Assembly: GCA_000165425.1 (NCBI GenBank)
Contig: CT867985.1
Location: 434,001-498,000, forward strand
DNA length: 64,000 nucleotides
Reading direction: 5' to 3'
Source of the DNA: Paramecium tetraurelia
Taxonomy: Eukaryota
Position numbers and translations under genes: made by a program. This document shows, in pieces, positions 41,979 through 56,900 of this stretch; positions within the stretch are counted from its first letter, which is position 1, and each line of letters opens with the position of its first letter. Below the pieces are notes generated by a model. The model worked only from the letters and a program-made list of their open reading frames with translations. It was not told the origin of the DNA and ran no database searches.

Positions 41979-42415
41979 AACTTCAAATAATTAATATTCA
42001 CTTAAAAAATTATTAATCTGTAATAATCATATTATTAAATTAAATGCCATTTAAAATTCTATACAACAATATAATATCTAAAAGTCATAACAAAACTTCT
42101 TTATATTATCTAGAACAATTGTAATTTTCGATAACAACTTCTTCGAACGATGTGAAATTTCATTTAATAACATTGTTTAATACTGTAATTTAAAGATCTA
42201 ACCAACATATTTCTATTCTTCAGAAGAGAATGAATGTAATTTAGAGAGACAAATAAAGATGGGGAATGATTTTAAATTATTTTAATAACAATTGGATGAT
42301 GATCGAATTAAGTTGCTTAATTATTCTTTAGGAAATATTATAATTAATTTCATACTTAAGTGAGAATTATATCTTAATTGTTATAAATAGTAGTTAGTTA
42401 AAATTCATAAGGTGA

Positions 42416-42921
42416 TCAAAAATCATTTCCTTGTTTCATAAGCTCTGAAAGTTCTTTTAGTTGTCCAAACATCTGAACATTGGCTTATAAATTTTTGAGG
42501 GCTTTTTCTAAACTGTCATTATTGTTTTCTAGTATGGTCTTGAATAATTATTGAATCCTTTACATTTTTATTTTTTAAGAATTGAACAGACATTTCCCCT
42601 TCTTTATAGACTCTCTTTATTAGCTATCGTAAATCGTGGATCTAAAATTGAAGAATATAATACTTCATTAATCAACTCTTATTGCTTATTTTCTAAATGA
42701 TTTACTTACGATTACAGAACTTGATTCTCATTTCTCAATTTCTAGTTCTCTTATTGTATTGCCTAGGCTTTCTGTTAAAGTTGTTATGGGATTTGATTTA
42801 ATGCTTAAAGCAAATATGATGATGATTGAGACTAAAGTTTCCTTATGAGATTAATTACATTTATAAGTTAGAGATCAGATTACTAATTGGGTGAAGGATT
42901 ACATGATTAAAATGCCAACAT
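42416..42921 (-). CDS. small coiled-coil protein
   Basis: MLAFQSCNPSPNQQ...; introns of 22 and 25 nt restore the frame to ...MKQGNDF*. Confidence 0.7.
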
Positions 42922-43282
42922 ATCAAGAGTTAGATTATATTTTATTAATAATTTGTGAATTATGCTTTTATTTATTTATAAAGGGTTTCTTATACGCAAC
43001 TTTTATTCATTAAATTAATTAAATGATACGCTTTTGAACTTAATCATCTCATGTTAAATAATAATTAAGAGATTACAGAATTCAGAATGTTGATTTTTAC
43101 CTTCGAATCATCCACCTTGATTGTTCTGAATTGGATAGTACATTTTGAATTAACAAAAAATATTCAGATTAAATATGTTAATATAAAATTCATTGAAGTC
43201 GGTCTTTATTTCAAAGATTACCCAAATAAAGATCCAATGAATTGATAATTTATACAATATAAAGTTAATTATAATACTGAGA

Positions 43283-43698
43283 TCAACATGGATTGGTATT
43301 GGTCACTAATAATGTAAATCCTTTTTTAGTGGAAACAAATTTTGTATTCTGATTGGTTTTACTGTATCTAAAACTATTGAATGAAGTTTTTCGAGGTACA
43401 AATTAGGGAAGAGCATTTGTCAGACGCTCAACAGATCTTGTGGTCTTAGTATTCGAACCAGATCTAGGTCTATATTACCATATGAATTACCTCATAGAGT
43501 TGGGCTCCGCTGGGTATTAAAACAATGTTGATATGTTTGGATAGTAGGCTGATTAGTAGAGCGTCATTGCTTCATCGTTTATTTCTTCTGAGAATTCCTA
43601 GCAATATAAAAAACAAAAAATACTGTTAAGATCTTATTATTCCTTTGAATGGAGACAACTTACTCTTTTTATTTCTTTTTGGTACTGCAGCAGAACAT
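43283..43698 (-). CDS. small hypothetical protein with an N-terminal MFCC (possible palmitoylation) motif
   Basis: MFCCSTKKKQKEQ..., two small introns, ends TNTNPC*. Confidence 0.65.
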
Positions 43699-44312
43699 TA
43701 ATCAGTGTCTCTTTGAAATATATTAATATTATCAATAAATAATCACTATTTTATTAATAAGAACTACTGTACTTATTTCTGGATGGTGACAGTTTTGGAT
43801 TAAATAATAGTCATTCATAATTTAAAAGACATGAATTGAACTTTCAGTTTATCTATTCACTAGTTGATCAAAGTGTATTTTAAAAAATAAATACGTCTAA
43901 CAAATATTAGTAATAAACATGATCCTTGATTATGTAAGAATTGGTGTAATTCCCATTACTTTAATCCATAAACAAAAATTATTTATGAAGGGAATTTCTA
44001 TATGATAATCATGCAAAATAAATCCAATTATAAATAAATTAGCATTTGGAATTTAGAATTAATTTTGAAATCTCAATTTCAAATGCACTATTTTAATTCT
44101 AAATTACTTAATTATTTATTTGTTATTTTTACAATATTCAATTCTTTTTGAAGTTAAGTGAATGTGAATCTAATCAAAACTGTTTTGTAATATTCATAAA
44201 TTTTAAATCTTTAAGTCTAATGAAAATCAATAGTAAAATTATAAATATTGATGGTCATATTTATATTGAAATAAGAAATAAAGTCTTTAACTTATATAAT
44301 AAATAAAATTAG

Positions 44313-45381
44313 TCAGCATGTTTATCTTTGAATAAATTGATAATTTATTTAAGACCATAAATTATAGTGAATAAAACAAATAGTAGTACCTCCTCTTTTG
44401 TTTTGACTATCTTATCTATTAATATCAGACATGCAGACATACGGGGTATTTGAATTTAAAGAAATTCCAAATTTTGAATGATCTTTTGTGTATGAAAATT
44501 TATATCCCTGATTATTAAATCAAAATTTACATTTTATAGTCTAGCTAAACTGCTGAGTATTTAGTGAGACGAAGTACAATCAGGAGGCTACAATCCTCCA
44601 CTTCCCCAGGTTTAAACTACTAATCCTACTTTCAACTTAGGTGCAACAACAGCAGAGTAAAAATCCACTAAATTGTTTTAGTTAGTTGAGATCACTTACA
44701 ATGATAAGCCTTATCTTGTCGACACTGTAAGGGAACCACTACTTAATGATGATTTTCTAGTTGTATCTTTTAAACTATATAAATTTGGGTATTTAGTTTT
44801 AAAGTCAGATGGGGAATTTGCCCTAACTGTGATCACTTCGGCTATTATTAGTTACTAAGCGATTCTTTCTATTTCAGAAGTGCTCACGCTGAAACACATG
44901 AAATGTTGGGCATTAGTAAAAGAATTTGTTGGCATCCCTAATATTATCTCACTAGATATTTTTGAATTATATTTTACTCATAATTGGAATCCATAATTGG
45001 GAATTTGGGAGTTGAGTGATTGATTATGAAGGCTTAGCCATTTAAAGAAGCACTCAAGACTCCTTTAGAATGTGCCATATCTGGATAATAATCCTTATCA
45101 AATGGCTAATCATTCCAAATGACATTCATAGTAGTTGTATCCTTAAAGAGAACTTACTACATAGTTATTTAGAGTGGAGAGCTAGCATCATTTAATTTGT
45201 CGTATTGATATTTTAACTCTGCACACTAAGTCGTAGAGTCACAATAATAATATTCCATTCCTGTATATTAATTGACTGAGTCTTTGGGCAATTTGAAGAT
45301 CAACCAATAGTCTACCACTTATCCGTACTGATTCAAACAATTGCTGGCTGTAGCAATGGATAGATAGAACAATAAGAACAT
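44313..45381 (-). CDS. deoxyribonuclease II
   Basis: Signal peptide, CLNQYGQVVDYWLIFKLP, AHSKGVL, HSTPKFP, DHSKFGIS, SDINRQDSQNKRGG; introns of 26 nt (44952-44977) and 23 nt give 339 aa. Confidence 0.93.
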
Positions 45382-45636
45382 GTTATTATTTATAATATCT
45401 TTCTTTGTTGCCTTTTTATGAATTTAATATAATGATGTCATGAAGCGTAATATATTTAATAAATAATTAGTAATATTAAAATCAAGTATTTTAACCATCT
45501 AAGAATGTGATTAATTCACCATCCTCAATAAGATAATAATATTTTTATTATTTGCTTAAAATATGGAATTCTTCCTATTAATACAATAAAATAAGGAAAT
45601 ATAATTTATTTTTATTGTTTCATTAAAGTTGTTGGA

Positions 45637-46645
45637 ATGAAATAAGGTAAATTTATTTGCTAAATAAGAGTAATTAACTTAGACTTTTTACAGTAAAATA
45701 CCCAATTCCCCTGCATATACAATGGGATCTAGAATAAAAGTTATGCCAAATTTAGATACTCCAGGTCCTGGAAAATACCATCCTATAATTCCGTTTAGAT
45801 CAAGCCCAAAAGCAGTGATGTCAGGCTCAAAAGACTCCTTCTATAAAATAGCCGATTCTCCAGGACCTGGAAGATATAATCAATTATCTTATACCACTCA
45901 TGGATTTAAGTTTCCACAAGAAAAGCGAATAATATTAAATTTCAAAGACTCCCCAAGCCCAGCCAAACACAATCAAGAGGCCAAGCTTTTTGCTCCTGCT
46001 TGTTACATTCCAAAAGTAGAAAGAAAATAAAAAATAAACTATCATGTAACTGGACCTGGAAGTTACAATATCCCTTCGCTTTTACGTTCAGATATAGGTT
46101 TCAAAATACCAAAAGGTTAACGGAAAAATAAAAAAGAAATTTTTCCTGGTCCTGGCGAATACAGTTTTTAGGAAAGCAAAACTAAAGGTATTAAAATTGG
46201 AACCAGTCCAAGAATGGAAAAATCTATGCTCTTAGGACCGGGACCATAAGATTATTCTCCTAGAATTGCAACTGACACTTCACCAAGAGCTGTTTTTGGT
46301 ACGGCATCAAGGGGAAACAGCAAAAAGGAGAAATCTCCTGGCCCAGCTGATTATGAACTACCTCAAAGCAGAAGTGTGAGCGTAAGAATTATAAATATAT
46401 AAGTTTTCATTTCCTAAATAAATTGTGCATTAACACTCAAAACCTTCTACTCCTCTAAGTTATATCAATGATTACACTAGTCTTAGAAAGACCTCTGTTT
46501 CTTTTGGGAAGGCGTAGAAAAGAATTCCAAAAAAAGCTGAAATCATTCCTGTATGAAAAATCAAGTATTTTAGGGTCCTGGATAATATGATATAGAAAGC
46601 TTCTTCAGAAGGAGAATTAAAACAAGAGATGGATCAAATTTTTGA
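45637..46645 (+). CDS. SHIPPO/ODF3-like PGPG-repeat ciliary protein
   Basis: Repeats TPGPGKY, SPGPGRY, GPGSY, FPGPGEY, GPGPQDY, SPGPADY and PGPGQY; introns 45647-45668, 46382-46403 and 46551-46573. Confidence 0.9.
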
Positions 46646-46760
46646 ATTTTACTACCTTTAACTAAGTTTGTTATATTTTCCAAGATTATTTCTCATATAA
46701 TTTATTGGGGAGAATGTAAAATTAATATTTATAATGTACATATATCTCACTACGATTCCC

Positions 46761-46980
46761 TCAGTTATACTTAATAATTCTTAATGAATAAATACTTTGT
46801 GGAAGCCAATCAATTCATAGTTTTCTCTGAAACATCTTCTGCAAACATTCATACCATATTTTCTGATCAAACCTTGTCTAGCAGCGCAAACTCTGCATTC
46901 TTTATTTATATTATTTATAGATAACCTCTTGAATCTTTTCCGTAGGTTCTTGGATGAGTTCTGAATAAATGGTTTGGCAT
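46761..46980 (-). CDS. RPS29: 40S ribosomal protein S29 (uS14)
   Basis: [55 protein letters not shown]; introns 46900-46925 and 46770-46795. Confidence 0.97.
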
Positions 46981-47879
46981 TCTTTCGATATTTTATTTTT
47001 AATTTTAAATATTTATTAAAATCTTCTGAATGAATACAACTATCTAACTAAAGCTTATGTAATAGCAAATAAAATAATCACTCTTTTTCAAAGAAAGCCC
47101 ATTGATTTATATACCATTCAATTAGAATCCAATTAATATATTCAAAGTTCATTTACTTTTAGGTATAATCTTGTCTTCCTCTATACTCATATATTTTATG
47201 ATCACCTATATTTTGAATGAATATACCACCATTATGAAATTTATTCTCCAATTATTTTAGATTAGAATATAGACTAATTATAATATTTAAATAGCATCCA
47301 AATCACAAAAAAATAATAATTTTCAAAAATGGTTTCCCATTATATTTATCTCAAATTTCTGTATTGTCTGAGTTAAATTAATAGAAAGGATTTAACATCT
47401 ACTTAATCTTATAAAACATTAAATTCTAATCTTAAGATTTAATAGATATTTAGATAGTGTGCTTTAAAACCTATTAATTTTGTGATAGAATGGAAGTAAA
47501 TTGAGGCATTGCTATTCGAAAATAAACATATCAATATTGTTATCATGATAATTAGAATGTTCTGAATATGTTATCAGAATAGTATGACAATAAGCTCTAG
47601 ATGATCAAACTAACTTATATAATGTTTTCCTGCTTAAAATATGATTGACTATTATTTTTCATTTTAGATAGGTTTAAATTAAAAAATGAAAGAAGCTTTT
47701 GAAAAAAATAAGTTTTCACATATAGATATAATCTTTAGTTGGTTAGAAAAATAATTTAATAATGGTATGCTTAATAAAATGTTCATTTTTAGAATTATAC
47801 TGGGTATACTACTAATATTAACCTGGTTAGTTTAAAAATTGGGATATATATCAATCAAAATCAATTGAAACTTATAAAA

Positions 47880-49438
47880 TCAATTTCTAAATTATTTTGT
47901 TTATTTTATTGTTTAATCAAATTTTTCTAAGGCAATTTTACTTTTTAGTATAGCATCTTCAACCTTGTTTTCCAGAATACTCCTATTACTCATTAATGAC
48001 AACTATGAGAAATAGGAAGTATCATAAAGTTAATGATGACTTTAAGGTTTTTCAGGTTTTTACGGTTTTGGAATATTATTTTTAAGTTGCTACTAGGGTT
48101 ATTAATTTAATTTCAGTGGGTTGGCTAATAAACTTGTTGGTTTTGGAGCTTGAGAAAATTGATTTTTTGTCGATAATGATATTTTGGAGGTATTTTTTGA
48201 TTCTGGAGAATGATTAGGAGTACCAATTTACAAATAAATATTCTAGGTATCTTATTGTTATTTATTTTATGAAAAGCTTGGTTTATTTCTATATTTATTG
48301 ATTGGATGTATATCTGGTTTGAGCGAGTTTTATGATTCAGAAATATTAAATTTGTTATCCAAAGATATTTTGCTGGTTTCATTTTGTTACAATTGAAAGT
48401 TAGATTAATTAGAAATTCTCGAGAGTTAACAATCTTCATTTACATTCTTAGCAATATTGTTATCAGATAACAGTGATCTAGAACTATATTACTACCTTAT
48501 TCTAGATATTTATTGTATGCTTTAGTCCATTTAGTTTAATGGTTTGATTTCTAATAGATTCTCATTACATTCATGATAGGATACTACTTAGAGAAGTTCA
48601 TTGAATGATCCTCTGTCTTGAGGGAATCTTTTCAGCATTTTTAATAGGATATTTTTAAATTATTAACTATAATTTAATTCCTCTATTCGTTGTTTCATCT
48701 CATATTCACTGTACTAGAATTATAATGTGAAATATTACATTGAGAGTGTCATAACTAAACAATGAATTAGTATCGGCTAGAGTAGCAGCCCATAATGCTG
48801 TTAATCCCAATTAAAATATTTCACATTTCTCAAAATCTAAGTTTAATACTTGTTCTTTGGATTTTAGGCATTCCAATTCCTCAGGGGAGATGTGCATATC
48901 TTCTGTGATCTAATTCAATAATTGCATGTATTGACTATTTGAAATATCATAATAAGATTGAAATTTGATGGCTCCTTAATTAGAAAGGAGAATGTTTTTT
49001 AAGTCCATTGGATATATTTAAAATGATTTAAAATACATTAATGCCTTTAAACACATGGATAGCAAACCCCATAATTATTTCTCCTCAAAATATTATTATT
49101 TGTTTGCTCTATTTTTTATGTTCGATCTTAACTCGTTACTTACATATTCTTAAATAAGTTGTAATTTTGTAAAGGATGAACAAATATTCTAAAGTATTAT
49201 ATCAAGTGCTTACTTTACATATATCAGCCTTATAGTAATGGACTTTTAATATGTTTGGATGATCTAGATTTTTAACAGGATTGTTGATCTAAATGAAATT
49301 CTTTTCAATTATGCAAATTGTTTCTCCAGTCTCATTCTTTTAATATAACTTAATGTTTCCAAATCTGGGATCTATTATCTAATTTATATATTAATATTGC
49401 TATAAATTAAATCCAGGTGTAGAACTACTTTGCCCCAT
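47880..49438 (-). CDS. N-myristoylated kinase-fold protein (probable pseudokinase)
   Basis: MGQSSS start, DPRFGNIKLY, LDHPNILKVH, ELWGLLSMCLKAL, catalytic-loop position IYPMDLKNILL, HISPEEL; no HRD or DFG seen. Intron(s) near 49200. Confidence 0.8.
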
Positions 49439-49475
49439 TTTATAATTTCTATTTATTAATATAATTATTAATTAC

Positions 49476-50867
49476 ATGAGTATTCGTTCGACAACCCCAA
49501 ATAAAATGACTGGAATTACAGAATTGGATGAATGTAAGATCTCTCAATTCAAAAGACCATAATCATCAATGAAGTTTTCACTCTAAAAAATTCAACAAAT
49601 TGGCTAATCACTCAACAATATATTATCTAAAAAGAAACCTAAGAATGACAAAAATATTTTTCAATGTTTCCATGATAGATTCAATCAAAACATGAAAGAT
49701 ATAAACACATCAGCATTTTATGAACCTATAAATTAAGAAAAATAAACAATTTCTAAACGAAAGTAAAATAATACAATCTACCCCACTAATTACAGTCATT
49801 TAGGAGGAACAGAAACAGAAAGATCTCATATAAATATCAAATATTAAAGAGAATCCTATAAGTATTTGCATAGAAATCGATAAAACAACAATAAAATTAA
49901 TGAATAAAAGATTAATGATGGCCTTAATAATTAATCTTTAATATGGCCTAATGATAATAACAATAACAATAACAATCAATGCTCTTTAGATTATAGCAAG
50001 TCTGAAAACATTACAACAAGAAACAATCGAATTCGTTAATCTAGCTAATCAACAATCTAAAATCTTGATCATTTTATTTTATAATCTATAGCCGTTCATA
50101 TTCAAAATGATCCTAACTAAACCGATCTCATCATTTGCTGTAAAAATTACAAATTATACTCACTAAACTTATACTCTAAGGTGGTTACATGTATAGGATA
50201 ACATTACAGGCCAATTAAATAAATGACTAAAATTATCATTTAAGCCAATAATAAAACATTCTACACTAGTAGTAGCGATGGCTAGATTATCCAATGGGTA
50301 TCAGATTCTATGCATGGTCGTTTTAAATACTAATAATCCATTAGAATAGAGGAACCTCCTATCTAATTACATTTAGACTAATAAGGATCATTATACATTT
50401 TGACTGCCAATTTCTTAACTTATCAAAGCTTTAAAATTTCCTTAAGCGGAAATGTAAAATGCTTGAGTGTGACTCCCAAAAAAATCATTATTGCCATAGA
50501 TAATTAAATACACTAAATTATTGATGATACCACTAATATTCAAATAATATAACTTGATAAACATATCAAAACCATCTTTTATGAAGATCAATAATTATAT
50601 ATACTCACTACTCAAAGATCATTAATTGTTTACGATGATTAAAAAAATAATTTAATTTTTAATTCAGAAATTGAATTGGATGCCGACTGGATCTATGCCA
50701 TGCCTAAAAATTAGATTATCATTCTAAAAGACTTAAACATCACTATTTAATCATTTCAAAAAACTCGGAAGATTTAATTAACTGATAAAATTACTTGTTT
50801 ACTACCCTTATCTTAATAGATATTAATAGGAGATTCAAATAAAACCATTAAAATTATTAAACTTTGA
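49476..50867 (+). CDS. protein with a disordered N-terminus and a C-terminal WD40-like beta-propeller
   Basis: Single-exon 463-aa ORF containing HYRPIKQM...FYTSSSDGQIIQW; ends ILIGDSNKTIKIIKL*. Confidence 0.8.
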
Positions 50868-50920
50868 ATATAATATTTACTAAACTGATATAATTTAATT
50901 CAACACATATATCTGCTTAA

Positions 50921-53900
50921 TCAATATTTTTTTGTATTAGATAAAAGCTATTCTTCCATAGCCTTCTCCCCTTCCTTTATTTGATCAATCCTTTCTTTAA
51001 TTATTTATCTAATTTTATAAATAAATTGATAAACATTATCTTAAACCTATATCTCAGACTATATAAAGTTTATCAATTTTTCTTGTTCAAAATCCGTTCT
51101 CTCACATGAAATATAGTTTTTAAATTCATTCGTTACTTTATGTTAATCAATATCTAATTATCTTAAATTTGGAATTATTTTCTTAGAAATACTTAGCTTC
51201 TTCATTTTATCATAAATTATCTATTGTGAATTTACAATATCTAGGTCTAATTAAAGAGATTTTTATCTTAATATTTCATACTCCTAAAATAGTAATTTCA
51301 ACACATAACTAATTTCTTACTTTATTTTAGCCTCAGCTTCAACTTATTATTGTTATTTAATCTGAATATCCTATTACTATTCTTCTTTCTATAAGATTTC
51401 CTAAAATTTGTTTTTCATCAAGGTGGCCAATTAAGGGTCTTTCATGTTTGATATATTTGTATATCTGTTATTTTTGTAATCATCAAAAAAATCTATAAGA
51501 TTATTCCAATCAAAATCCTCTTTTCCATCTAAATCTTAGATATCTGGAATTTCATCAAGAGTCTGACGAATACTAAAAATTCTAGCTTATTATTCTCTTA
51601 TTTGATTATCCTTTTATAACAGAACTTCATGTTTAGATTACAATATTTTTTATAATTCTTTAATTGTTTCCTCATCTTATTTTTCAGCTTTTTCCTTCTC
51701 TTATTAGATTTAGATTTTAATGTCTTTATCCTTACCTTTACCATGACTTTCTTATTATTTTTTATGAAAACAATTCTCTTTTCTTTTTCTATCTTACTCC
51801 ATTTCCAAAATGACGTTTTATTTAGATTTAAAATCATCCTAAGCTCCAAAAGAATAGGCATTTTTTGAATGCTTAGCACTGCCTCCTGGTTTTGGTGTAG
51901 GATTCTAAGATCGCGTACAGTTATCTGGAGTCATTGATTCCTATTTTTCTTATATTACATTATTAATCTAAATTTGAGGCCTTTTCTACTTCTATCTGAC
52001 TAAGAGGTTATTTTAATCCCTTTCTTAAGCTACCAATTAGTTTATCATACTGTCATCTGTTCTTCCTGTGTCTAATTAATCTTCCCTGTAATTTTTATTT
52101 AATCCTTATAAATTCAATTACATTGCAGGACGAATGTTATTGGGTTCTTAATGCTATTCTTCCTTTTATATTTTTTGTTGAGAATCTGTAAATTGATCTA
52201 TTTCTTTCTCTAATTCTTAAGTTCGATAGCTTGGGATATCATTGCAATTAAAATCCACTTCGGATTCATTCTAATGACTAGCATCCACGTTCTCTTGAGT
52301 ATTTTTTGGTATAGATTTCTAAGATTTTTGTGATTTAACTGAGTGCTTTTGAGAATCGGTATCCTTAATTTGATTTTCTTCCTAATGAATATGTTTTTAT
52401 GAATCATCATCCTTGAATTCATTTTTATCCTAATCATTAAGATTTTCATCGTCATGTTATTAATTTTCATCATTATTATTACATTTACTGTCCTAATAAT
52501 TGATTTCATCGTAATCTTAGAATTGTTCTTTTTTCTCAAAATTATCTTCTTCTTTTAATTAAATAACTTCTTTTTCATCTTAATGGTCTTCTTGTTGTTA
52601 TTATTGAACTTCTTATACTTCTAATTGTACTTGATCTTACTCTTAATGATTTTCATCTTCTCTTTAATAATTTTCGACTTAATCTTAATAATCTAAATCT
52701 TACTCCTAATGATCTACATCTTAATCTTAAAGACTTTTATCTTGTGCTTAATGATCTAAATCTTTCTTCAAATTATCTTCTTCTTGTTCTTAATGAATTT
52801 AATCATTTTCTTAATGATCTAGATCATATTCTTAATGGCCTTATTCTTAATGATTTTTGTCTTGATTTTCTTCTTGCTCTTAATTTTCTTCTTGCTCTTA
52901 ATGGTCATTGTCTTATTATAAAGGAGTTTCATCTTGCTCTTAATGGTCATTGTCTTATTATAAAGGAGTTTCAACTTGCTCTTAATGTTCATTGTCTTAT
53001 TACTAAGGAGTTTCATCTTGCTCTTAATGATCTTCGTCTTATTCTTAATGATCTCTATCTTACTCTTAATGAATTTATTCTTATTCTTAATGATCCCCAT
53101 CTTACTCTTAAAGACTTTCTTCCTATTATTAATGATTTCCATCTTCCTATTATTAATGATTTCCATCTTACTCTTATTGATTTTCAATTTATTCTTTATG
53201 ATCTTCATCTTACTCTTAATACTCTTCATTTTACTCCTGGTGATCTCCATCTTACTTCTAATGATTTTCTCCTTGCTATTTCTGATCTTCATTTGGCTTT
53301 TAATGATCTTAATCTTACTTTTAATGATCTAAATCTTGCTGTTAATCATCTTCATCTTGTTTTTAATGATCGTCATCTTGCTTTTAATGATTATCATCTT
53401 ACTCTTAATGATCTTCAATTTGCTCTTAATGAACTTCATCTTGATTTTAATGATCTTCAATTTGCTCTTAATGATCTTCATCTTACTCCTCATGATCTTA
53501 GTATTAGTCTTACTCTTAATGACTTTCGTCTTACTATTACACTTACTCTTTATGATTTTAATCTTGCACATCAATATTTTCAACTTATTCAGAAGGATTT
53601 TCATCTTGTTCTTAATTTTCATTTTAATGTTAACTAATTTTATCCTAAACCTTAATGTTTTCCTCAGAATTCTACTCATTATTAGCATCTTTAGGTAGTT
53701 CTTTTTCTTAATCATTTTGTTATATTGAATTAATCTATTGTTATTCTTAATTTTCGATAGAGTCTATTTAATCTTATTTAAATTGATTCTCCTAATCATC
53801 AATTTTGAACAATTATTTTTCATCATTTAGATTATTAAATTTCGATTATTCAACGCCTAAATCTATTTTAGAAATCTCATAACTTTATTCGAAAAATATT

Positions 53901-56900
53901 GTATTTTATTAATTGGCTTAATAAACACTTCCTAAATCATCAAATTTTAATTCTTAAACAACTGCATTATTTGTATCCTAAATGATGTAATTTTAGAACT
54001 CTATTTTTTGAGTTTCATCTTATCCTTATGAGTTATTTTCATTCTCTTGATATGGTTCCTCATCAAAATTATTCGATTCTTTGATTTCCTTTTAATTTAA
54101 ATCTTTTGTATTTTCATCATCATTTATAGTTTCTGGTTAATTTTGAGAAATTTAATTAACAACCTCATCAAGATTATTTTGATTTTAATTGTCTTTGTCC
54201 TCAATAATTTATTCTTCCTATGGTTCTACAAGAGGATTGGATTCAATATTTTCTTATTCTTGAAATTCAAATTAATCCTCAATATGTGCTTAAACTATGG
54301 TTTACAATACATTTGAAGGATCATTAACTTATATTTATTGTGATGTATCTTTTGATGTTTCATTATTTTATATATTATCTGAATTTTGATTTTCCTCATT
54401 ATTTTGCTGTTCATTTGTAATCTAATCTATTTGATCTCCTTCAAATGAATTTTTATCGAGGTTTTCATCATCATTTTGAATCTCATTTACTGTTGGTTCA
54501 ACTTAGACTGGTTATTGTTATTACTATCTATCTTCTTATTTGATTAATTCTTATTATGTCTCCTATTCAACATCTATAATTTCTTCTAATAGGTTTTCAT
54601 CCTCATCTTTATTTATATTTTAATCATTTTGATTTGAAATTCCTTATTATTACTCAATATTATGCTAAATTTCTTAAGATAAACCAACTCCAATATTGTC
54701 TTACTCTTATCCTCTTACATCTGATTCGATCTGTTCTTCTTAGTTCTGCACTTCTTCTTATTATTCTTTTCTTCCTTCCTTCATTTACAATTATTCTGTT
54801 TCGAAATTTTCTTAAATCTCTTTATTTTGATCTTCATCTCCTTATTTACTAATCTATGAACTGTCCTTTACTATATTTTGTTCTTCAGCCAACTCTTTAT
54901 CTGACTATAATAAATTATCTTCAAGTTGATTAGAAATACCTTGATTTTCTTCATTATTTTCTTCATTCTTTTCTGTTATATCCTCCTGTATCTATTTTTT
55001 CTCATTAATATTCTCTTAAGTATCATTCTAATTAGTTTCATCATTAGCTTAATTGACAACATCCTCTATAATATCTTAATTATCTTTCTAATTTTAAATA
55101 TTGAGAGTTTCATCATTTAGAATTTGATCCTTACTTAAATCTTAAACCTCTTCCTAGGATTTGTTTTATGTATCATTTACATCGCTGTGAGTTTATATTA
55201 TTTCAGTATTTTAATCATCTCTTGGTTAGGGTTAATCAATAGGGTTTTCTTCAATAATTTCTGAACTATTTTTAATTTATTTAAAGGTATCCTGGTCCTC
55301 TTCCTCCTTTTTAATAATTTGATCTGTCTATTATGGTTATTCTTCCTATATTTGTTCAACTGTTAATAATGATGGATCATCCCCTTGATTATTATTTTCT
55401 TATTTTTAAATTTCTTCTTAATTCTAGTTTTCCAAATCTTTTTCTTTCAAAGGAGAACTTTATACTTAACTTTCATTTTGATCCTACATCAGCATTGAGT
55501 TCTAAGACTAATCTAATATTTAAATATTTTAAACTAGTTCACCAGTTTCTTCAATTTCTAATTTTTATTCATTGATATCTTCAACTTTTTTATTATTTTC
55601 TAATATTCTTTCTGGATTTTCATTTTACTCACAAGTTCCATCCTACTATTATTATTCAACTTCAGTTGGATTTTATTTAATTTAATTGGATTATGTTTCA
55701 ACCTAATTATTTATATCCTAATTATCCTATTCTAAGTTGGAGTTATCTTAAACCATATCTTATTATTCATCCATAACTTATTATTCATCATCCTATTGAT
55801 TAAGGATTTGTTCAGTAACTTAAATATTTTATTCATCTAATATTTATTGTTTATTATTGCTATTATCTTAATTAATATCTTCTATATTATTTTATATTGT
55901 TTCATTTTGTATTTCTTAATCTACCTCTTATTCTATATTCTAATTATCATTTAAAATCATGTCTTCTTAATTCTAGGTATTTTCCTTTTCTACTACCTCT
56001 ACAATATTATTGAGATTTTCGTCATCATTATTGATACTGGGATTTTCTTATTGAGTTTCAACATCTTATTTTATTTCTTCTTATTGAGTTTACTCTTAAT
56101 TGTCTTGTATTAAATCCTCCTTTTCTTGTTCCTTGTTTTAAAAATCTTGATTCAATTAAAGATGAAATTTATTTTTGGTTTATTTTTCATTATCTTATAA
56201 AATCTAATTAGCTGAATCATCATTTTCATTTTATTGATTGTTACTTTAATTCTCTTCAAATCCATCCTCTTAATTTGTTGGAATTATATTATCTGGACTT
56301 GCTTCTTCATCACTATCTTCCATATTCTTTTTCACAAATTCTGACTCCAAATCACCAAGACCATAGTCTTCCTCTTCTTCTTGATTATTTTCACCTGGCT
56401 AAGAAATTTATATTTAGTAAGGTTCTTTAGTATTTAACTCTTCCTATTTATTTTCCTAATTTAGATCCTAATGTCTAGCTGATTAACTTCCTTTTTATTG
56501 ATCTTCTTGAACTTCAATTTCTATAAATTTGGTACTTGAAATATCCTAAGATTGTTTTTTTTAAAAATTGACATTGTTTTTTTGAATAGGATCCTCTGTT
56601 CTATGTGTTAGAACAGGTTCACTGGTTTCCCCATCAGGAATATCATTCAATATTTAGCTCAGGGCATCATTACTCTGAATATCTTCTTAGATTGTATTCA
56701 ATCTATCTCCTATTGCATCTGGAATTTATTTTAAATCTCCAACTTCAAGTGGTCCTTTGTTGAATTATTAATTAAATTAATCTTCTGATATAATTTAAAT
56801 TTAAGGTAGAGGTTTTAATTTTTAATTTTCAGAATCCAAATTTTAGCCTGTTTCAATATTATCTGTTTAATTGATATCGCCTTCGATTGATAACGTATCA

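Noticed and set aside
42044..42414. Plus-strand ORF MPFKILYNN...
   Set aside because: Two frames are open, neither has a recognisable motif, and the more protein-like frame lacks a start.
47329..47850. Short + ORF MVSHYIYLK... and downstream fragments
   Set aside because: It stops after about 78 codons with no consistent intron rescue; possibly a relic.
52640..53600. CRISPR-like repeat array
   Set aside because: The units are contiguous, degenerate and in-frame coding. There are no unique spacers or cas genes, and the context is eukaryotic.
52210..55575. Long Leu/Ile-rich and Lys/Ile-rich track ORFs (e.g. 297 aa at 52744-53637, +)
   Set aside because: They are shadow frames of the minus-strand acidic repeat gene, whose true frame is hidden by TAA/TAG Gln codons.
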